64,000 bases of DNA from Prolixibacteraceae bacterium (GTDB lineage: Bacteria > Bacteroidota > Bacteroidia > Bacteroidales > Prolixibacteraceae). Both the position numbers and the translations under genes were made by a program. Shown one piece after another: positions 60,124 through 64,000 of this stretch (the first letter of the stretch is position 1; the number at the start of each line of letters is the position of its first letter). The stretch is taken from NCBI GenBank assembly GCA_963676535.2, contig CAXXKQ010000037.1:15613-79612 (forward strand). Reading direction: 5' to 3'. Below the pieces are notes generated by a model, which saw only the letters and a program-made list of their open reading frames with translations, did no database searches and was not told where the DNA came from.

Positions 60124-62678
60124 TTAAATGGATTGACTGCCTGAATGATGAGGAATGCTAAACCCGAATGTTGTCCCCTGATTCAATTCCGATTCGACCC
60201 ACATTTGCCCACCAAGTAGTTCAATATAAGCCTTCGAGATGGTCAGTCCCAGACCGGCGCCTTCGTATTTTCGGTTCAGCGAATTACTTGCCTGTCGAAA
60301 CCGTTCGAAAATAATTTCACGTTGTTCTTCGGGAATGCCAATGCCCGTATCTTTTACAAAAAAATTCAGCTGATAGTCGCTCTGAGAATAACCAAATTCA
60401 ATGTGCCCGAGGTTCGTAAACTTAATTGCATTCTTAATCAGGTTAGCTAAAATCTGATATAACTTGCCACCATCAGTCATGACAGTGCTCTCTTCATCCG
60501 AAATTCCAGCGGAATAACTGAATTCCAGTTTTTTCTCGTCTGCCTTTGGTTTGAAAAGCTTGTACAGTTCTTCAACCATAAGGTTTAGATTGGTATCATA
60601 TATTTTCAGATTCATTTCACCAGCTTCAATTTTAGAGATGTCGATCAGGTCGTTGATCACATTTAACATCCGCTGACCGCTCTGCTCAATAACCTCAATA
60701 AATTCCTGCTGATTTTCGGGCGAGAGGTCGGGGGATTTCAACAGATCGGCAAAACCCAGAATGCCATTCATCGGGGTTCGTATTTCGTGGCTGATATTGG
60801 CCAGAAACGCTGATTTAAGCCGGTCACTTTCTTCTGCTTTTTCCTTAGCTTTGATTAGCTCTGCTTCGCTGCGCTTCTTTTCTGTGATTTCTTCGCCAAT
60901 TGCCACATAATTTGAAATCTGTCCCTGACTGTCCAGAATTGGCGATATGGATTTATTGGCCCAATATAATTCTCCGGATTTGCGTTTATTGATCATCTCA
61001 CCATTCCAGACTCCCCCTGACTTGATAGTTGTCCAAAGTTCCCGGTAAAATTTCTCATTCATTTTCCCTGATTTAAGGATTCTCGGGTTTTTCCCGATAG
61101 CTTCAGTAGCTTCGTAACCGGTAACTTCCGTAAATCTCGGGTTGACGTATTCTATTGTTCCTTCTGCATCAGTAATTACAATTGAAACTGGGTTTTGCTC
61201 AACTGCCCTCGATAGTTTTTTCAACTGTTTTTCAGCAAGCTTCTGATCGGTAACATCTTCGATGTAACCTTCCAGATGGTGCAATTCCCCTTTGCTGTCG
61301 AACACACCGCGCCCCCTCTCCCAAAGCCATTTCTGCTCGCCGGAAGCCGTGAGGATCGGGTAAATATCTTCAAAATAGCGTTTCCCCTGAATAGCCATTT
61401 GCCATTTTTGCCTGATAGAATCCTGGTATTCGCTCAAAATAAGGTCGTTGAATGCGATGGTTTTTGCTGCGACAAATTCTTCAGGAGTATAACCTGTAAT
61501 CCGGGCACAGCCTTCACTGATAAAATTCATGGTATAATCTTCGTCCAGGGCACACCGGTAAACGAATCCTGGCAAATTACCAACGAGGTTAGTCAACTGA
61601 AGCCGGTTTTCGTTTAACGCTTTTTCGGTTTTCAGATTTTCGGTAATATCGATAAGCAAGACGAGTCGGGCATTTTGTGCCTGAAATCAAAATTGTGCGA
61701 ATGGACCTCAACCTGAATAGTACTCCCGTTTTTTAACTGATGGTTCCAGATTTCACGACGTTGAAGCGAATCGCAGTTCTCGATCAGGTTTCTCCATAAA
61801 TGGATAAACTCATCTGAAGCCTTCAAATCGGTGATAGACATTTCAAGGAATTCGGCTTCGGAATATCCGTATTTATCCAGTGCAGCCTGATTGACTGCCA
61901 GAATTTTCATCGACTCCAGATCGTAAACCAACATTGGCTGCGGGTTTAACTCAAATAAAAGCCGATAATCTGATTCTCTTTCCCTGATTTGTTGTTCAGC
62001 TATTTCGCGACGGCTGGCTTCTTTCTGTTGTGCCTTGCTTTTCCTGATGTTCCGCATATAGGCCACAATCAGGAAAAGAATGAACAAAACAATCAGGAAC
62101 GATTCGGTCGTTTCGTTTAGTATCCGGTGTTTCCATGATTGCGCATCGTAGTCCATTCCAAATACTGCAATAGTTTTCCCCGATTCATCTTTGACCGGAA
62201 CTTCAACGCTGACCCAGGTTCCCCAGCGATCGGTAACTGGTTTGGTAATTTGTGACTGGCCTGTACGGAAAGGCATTCTGTCGAGCTGATCTGCTTCTGT
62301 AAATTCTTGCCCGGGAGGTGAATAATCGGGCGATGATTCGGGTTCCGAATCGACCAGAAAATAGAGTTTATTGTTTCGCTCAACATACAGGTAGGCAAAC
62401 CTGGCCTTGTCGTTTATGGCAATAACCTGACGAAGGGTATTTTTTAGCTCGTTAAAATTTAGTGTTTTCAATTCCTCCGGATTCTCCGGAAGTGAGTTTA
62501 GTGCAGTTCTTGGAAGGCTTATTTCGATCGAACAGGCAACCTGCATGGCCTTTTCCCGTTCACGGTTACGTTCATCGTATCGGATAAATAAAACAAAAAC
62601 AGTTCCGGAAACCAACACTGCCAGCAAAATAAGTATTTCTTTAACCGACAATCCTTTGAGGAAGCTATTGTTTGTCAT
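60124..62678 (-). pseudogene. membrane sensor histidine kinase (extracytoplasmic sensor domain - TM - 3 PAS - HisKA - HATPase), frame broken at an A4 run (61673-61676)
   Basis: ORF 61632..62678 has TM1, a periplasmic Cache/PDC-like region, TM2 and PAS. ORF 60124..61659 has two PAS domains, an H-box SHEIRTPMNGILGF and N/G boxes (KNAIKFT, DTGIGIP, GAGLGLTISK). Adding one A restores ...FDFRHKNARLVLLIDITENLK. Confidence 0.85.
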
Positions 62679-62920
62679 GAATGATAAATTATCAAAAATT
62701 TAATTACCCGACAGTTGAAATTTGAAAGGAAAATGATGCGGACGAAAAAATTCGGTTTGCAGCCAGCCTGTTCAATTTGTTTCTTCCACTAAAGAAATTA
62801 AAAATTAACAGATTTCAAATGCGGTTAAGAAATAAAATCGTTGATTTCACTCCAATTTGGTTCCTTAAGTTCTTTTTGTCCCGGTAGATTTCTTCAAAAG
62901 GCGTCTGGCTTAGGATGTTT

Positions 62921-62959
62921 AAAATCAAAAAGCCGCCCTTCCAGAGAAGTAGCGGCTTT
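62921..62959 (-). terminator. candidate terminator after the MFS transporter gene (minus strand)
   Basis: 8-bp stem AAAGCCGC / GCGGCTTT with a 15-nt loop, followed on the minus strand by TTGATTTT. Confidence 0.5.
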
Positions 62960-62981
62960 CGTAACCCATTGATATTGTTTT

Positions 62982-64000
62982 TTATTTTTTCCAAAGCTTT
63001 TCCATCTCTTCCAGAGTTTTGCCTTTGGTTTCAGGAACCATTTTCCAGACAAAAACAAAAGAAAGAAGACTCATCAGACCGTAAAAACTATAAGTCATTC
63101 CACCACTAAACTCCATCATGGCCGGATAGGTTGACGAGATGAAATAGTTGGCAGCCCATTGTGCAGCTACAGCAATGGCAATAGCGCGTCCTCTGATCTT
63201 ATTCGGGAAAATTTCAGAAATAAGTACCCAGCAAATTGGACCCCACGACATCATAAATGATGCAGTATAGATGATGATGAATACCAATGTGCTGATTCCG
63301 ATCACCTTCATGAACGCCAGTCCGCCGATAGCAAACATCCCGACAGCCATCCCAATGGAACCTATCATCAGTAAGATTTTCCGCCCGTATTTATCAACTG
63401 TAATAATGGCAATCACTGTAAAAATTACATTGACAAGTCCCATTACCACTGTTTGAAGCATCGATGAATCTTTGGCAGCGCCCATACTTTCGAAAATACG
63501 TGGAGCATAGTACAACGCGACGTTAATTCCTACAAATTGCTGGAAAACAGACAAAAGGATGCCAATCAGAATTACAATTTTGCCGTATGCAAATATGTTC
63601 TCAGAAGCGGCTTCAACTGATTTCTTAATATCAGTAAGGATTAATTTAGCTTGTTGAATTCCGTTAATTTTAGTCAGGATTTCCAATGCTTTGCCATCGC
63701 GATTGGTCAGGGCTAAATAGCGTGGAGTTTCAGGAACAAAGAATAATAATATTCCGAAGATAGCTGAAGGTATTGCTGCTGAAAGAAACATCAACCGCCA
63801 TCCTGTTTCGTTAATCCATTCAATAGTTTGGCCGTGAGCAATGAAATAGTTCACAAAATAAACGACCAGCATTCCGAAAATGATTGCAAATTGGTTAATC
63901 GAGACCAGTCGGCCACGAATATCGGCAGGGGCAATTTCGCCAATATACATGGGGCAAACAGCTGATGCCAATCCTACGCCAATTCCGCCGATAATGCGGT
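62982..64000 (-). CDS. sugar porter (MFS) family transporter, C-terminal part; 5' end beyond the right edge
   Basis: In-frame translation is open to position 64000 (RIIGGIGVGLASAVCPMYIGEIAPADIRGRL). The C-terminus PETKGKTLEEMEKLW is the sugar-porter signature. Confidence 0.88.
   Translation of the reverse strand, partial: RIIGGIGVGLASAVCPMYIGEIAPADIRGRLVSINQFAIIFGMLVVYFVNYFIAHGQTIEWINETGWRLMFLSAAIPSAIFGILLFFVPETPRYLALTNRDGKALEILTKINGIQQAKLILTDIKKSVEAASENIFAYGKIVILIGILLSVFQQFVGINVALYYAPRIFESMGAAKDSSMLQTVVMGLVNVIFTVIAIITVDKYGRKILLMIGSIGMAVGMFAIGGLAFMKVIGISTLVFIIIYTASFMMSWGPICWVLISEIFPNKIRGRAIAIAVAAQWAANYFISSTYPAMMEFSGGMTYSFYGLMSLLSFVFVWKMVPETKGKTLEEMEKLWKK

Noticed and set aside
1-64000. Search for tRNA/rRNA genes, CRISPR arrays, transposases, integrases, toxin-antitoxin or phage-defence modules
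   Set aside because: I found no cloverleaf-like GC-rich segments in the intergenic gaps and no short regularly spaced repeats. No ORF has recombinase, nuclease or NTPase defence signatures. The only large repeat is the susC paralogue pair.

Overview
Chromosomal segment of a Bacteroidota-type genome. Supporting signs are SusC/SusD pairs, T9SS C-terminal sorting domains, rpmB-rpmG-DUF4295-ftsY-rimO synteny and TAnnTTTG -7 boxes. Positions 1-29 kb are mostly housekeeping: a CcoI-like P-type ATPase (partial), an ICMT-family methyltransferase, a T9SS rhodanese protein, rimO, ftsY, L33/L28, coaD, pyrE, birA, rsfS-ftsH and a phospholipid cluster (cdsA-psd-pssA). This part also holds cytochrome bd oxidase (DUF4492-cydA-cydB plus an unlisted 45-codon ORF), 2-oxoglutarate dehydrogenase E1/E2 (sucA-sucB), a nitroreductase and an APC permease. 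Positions 29-60 kb are a large polysaccharide-utilization locus (PUL). It encodes GH20-like, clan-GH-A-like and GH76-like hydrolases, an ECF sigma / FecR anti-sigma pair, and three SusC-like transporters but only two SusD-like lipoproteins. It also encodes a small lipoprotein, an exported DUF1080 / TAT-Gfo-Idh-MocA / xylose-isomerase-like TIM-barrel trio, a GH20 hexosaminidase, a GntP permease and a modular GH16 enzyme. Positions 60-64 kb hold a PAS histidine kinase and a partial sugar-porter MFS transporter. Four points stand out. (1) A 2.78-kb near-identical direct repeat at a constant 8,498-bp offset gives the STN-domain sensor SusC-1, which has no SusD, and the transporter SusC-3, which sits next to SusD-3, essentially the same barrel. 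(2) A conserved two-block motif (GGTAGGGTTTT-N10/11-GTGTAnTCAT) lies upstream of fecR-susC1 and of susC2 and is a candidate ECF-sigma promoter. (3) An exported enzyme trio is consistent with oxidoreductive (3-keto) glycoside cleavage. (4) Seven single-base indels disrupt four otherwise intact genes (cydA, sucA, GH16, histidine kinase). Sequence error is the most economical explanation, although the A10 tract in the GH16 gene could be a real slipped-strand switch. I saw no rRNA, tRNA, CRISPR array, transposase/integrase or recognisable defence system.
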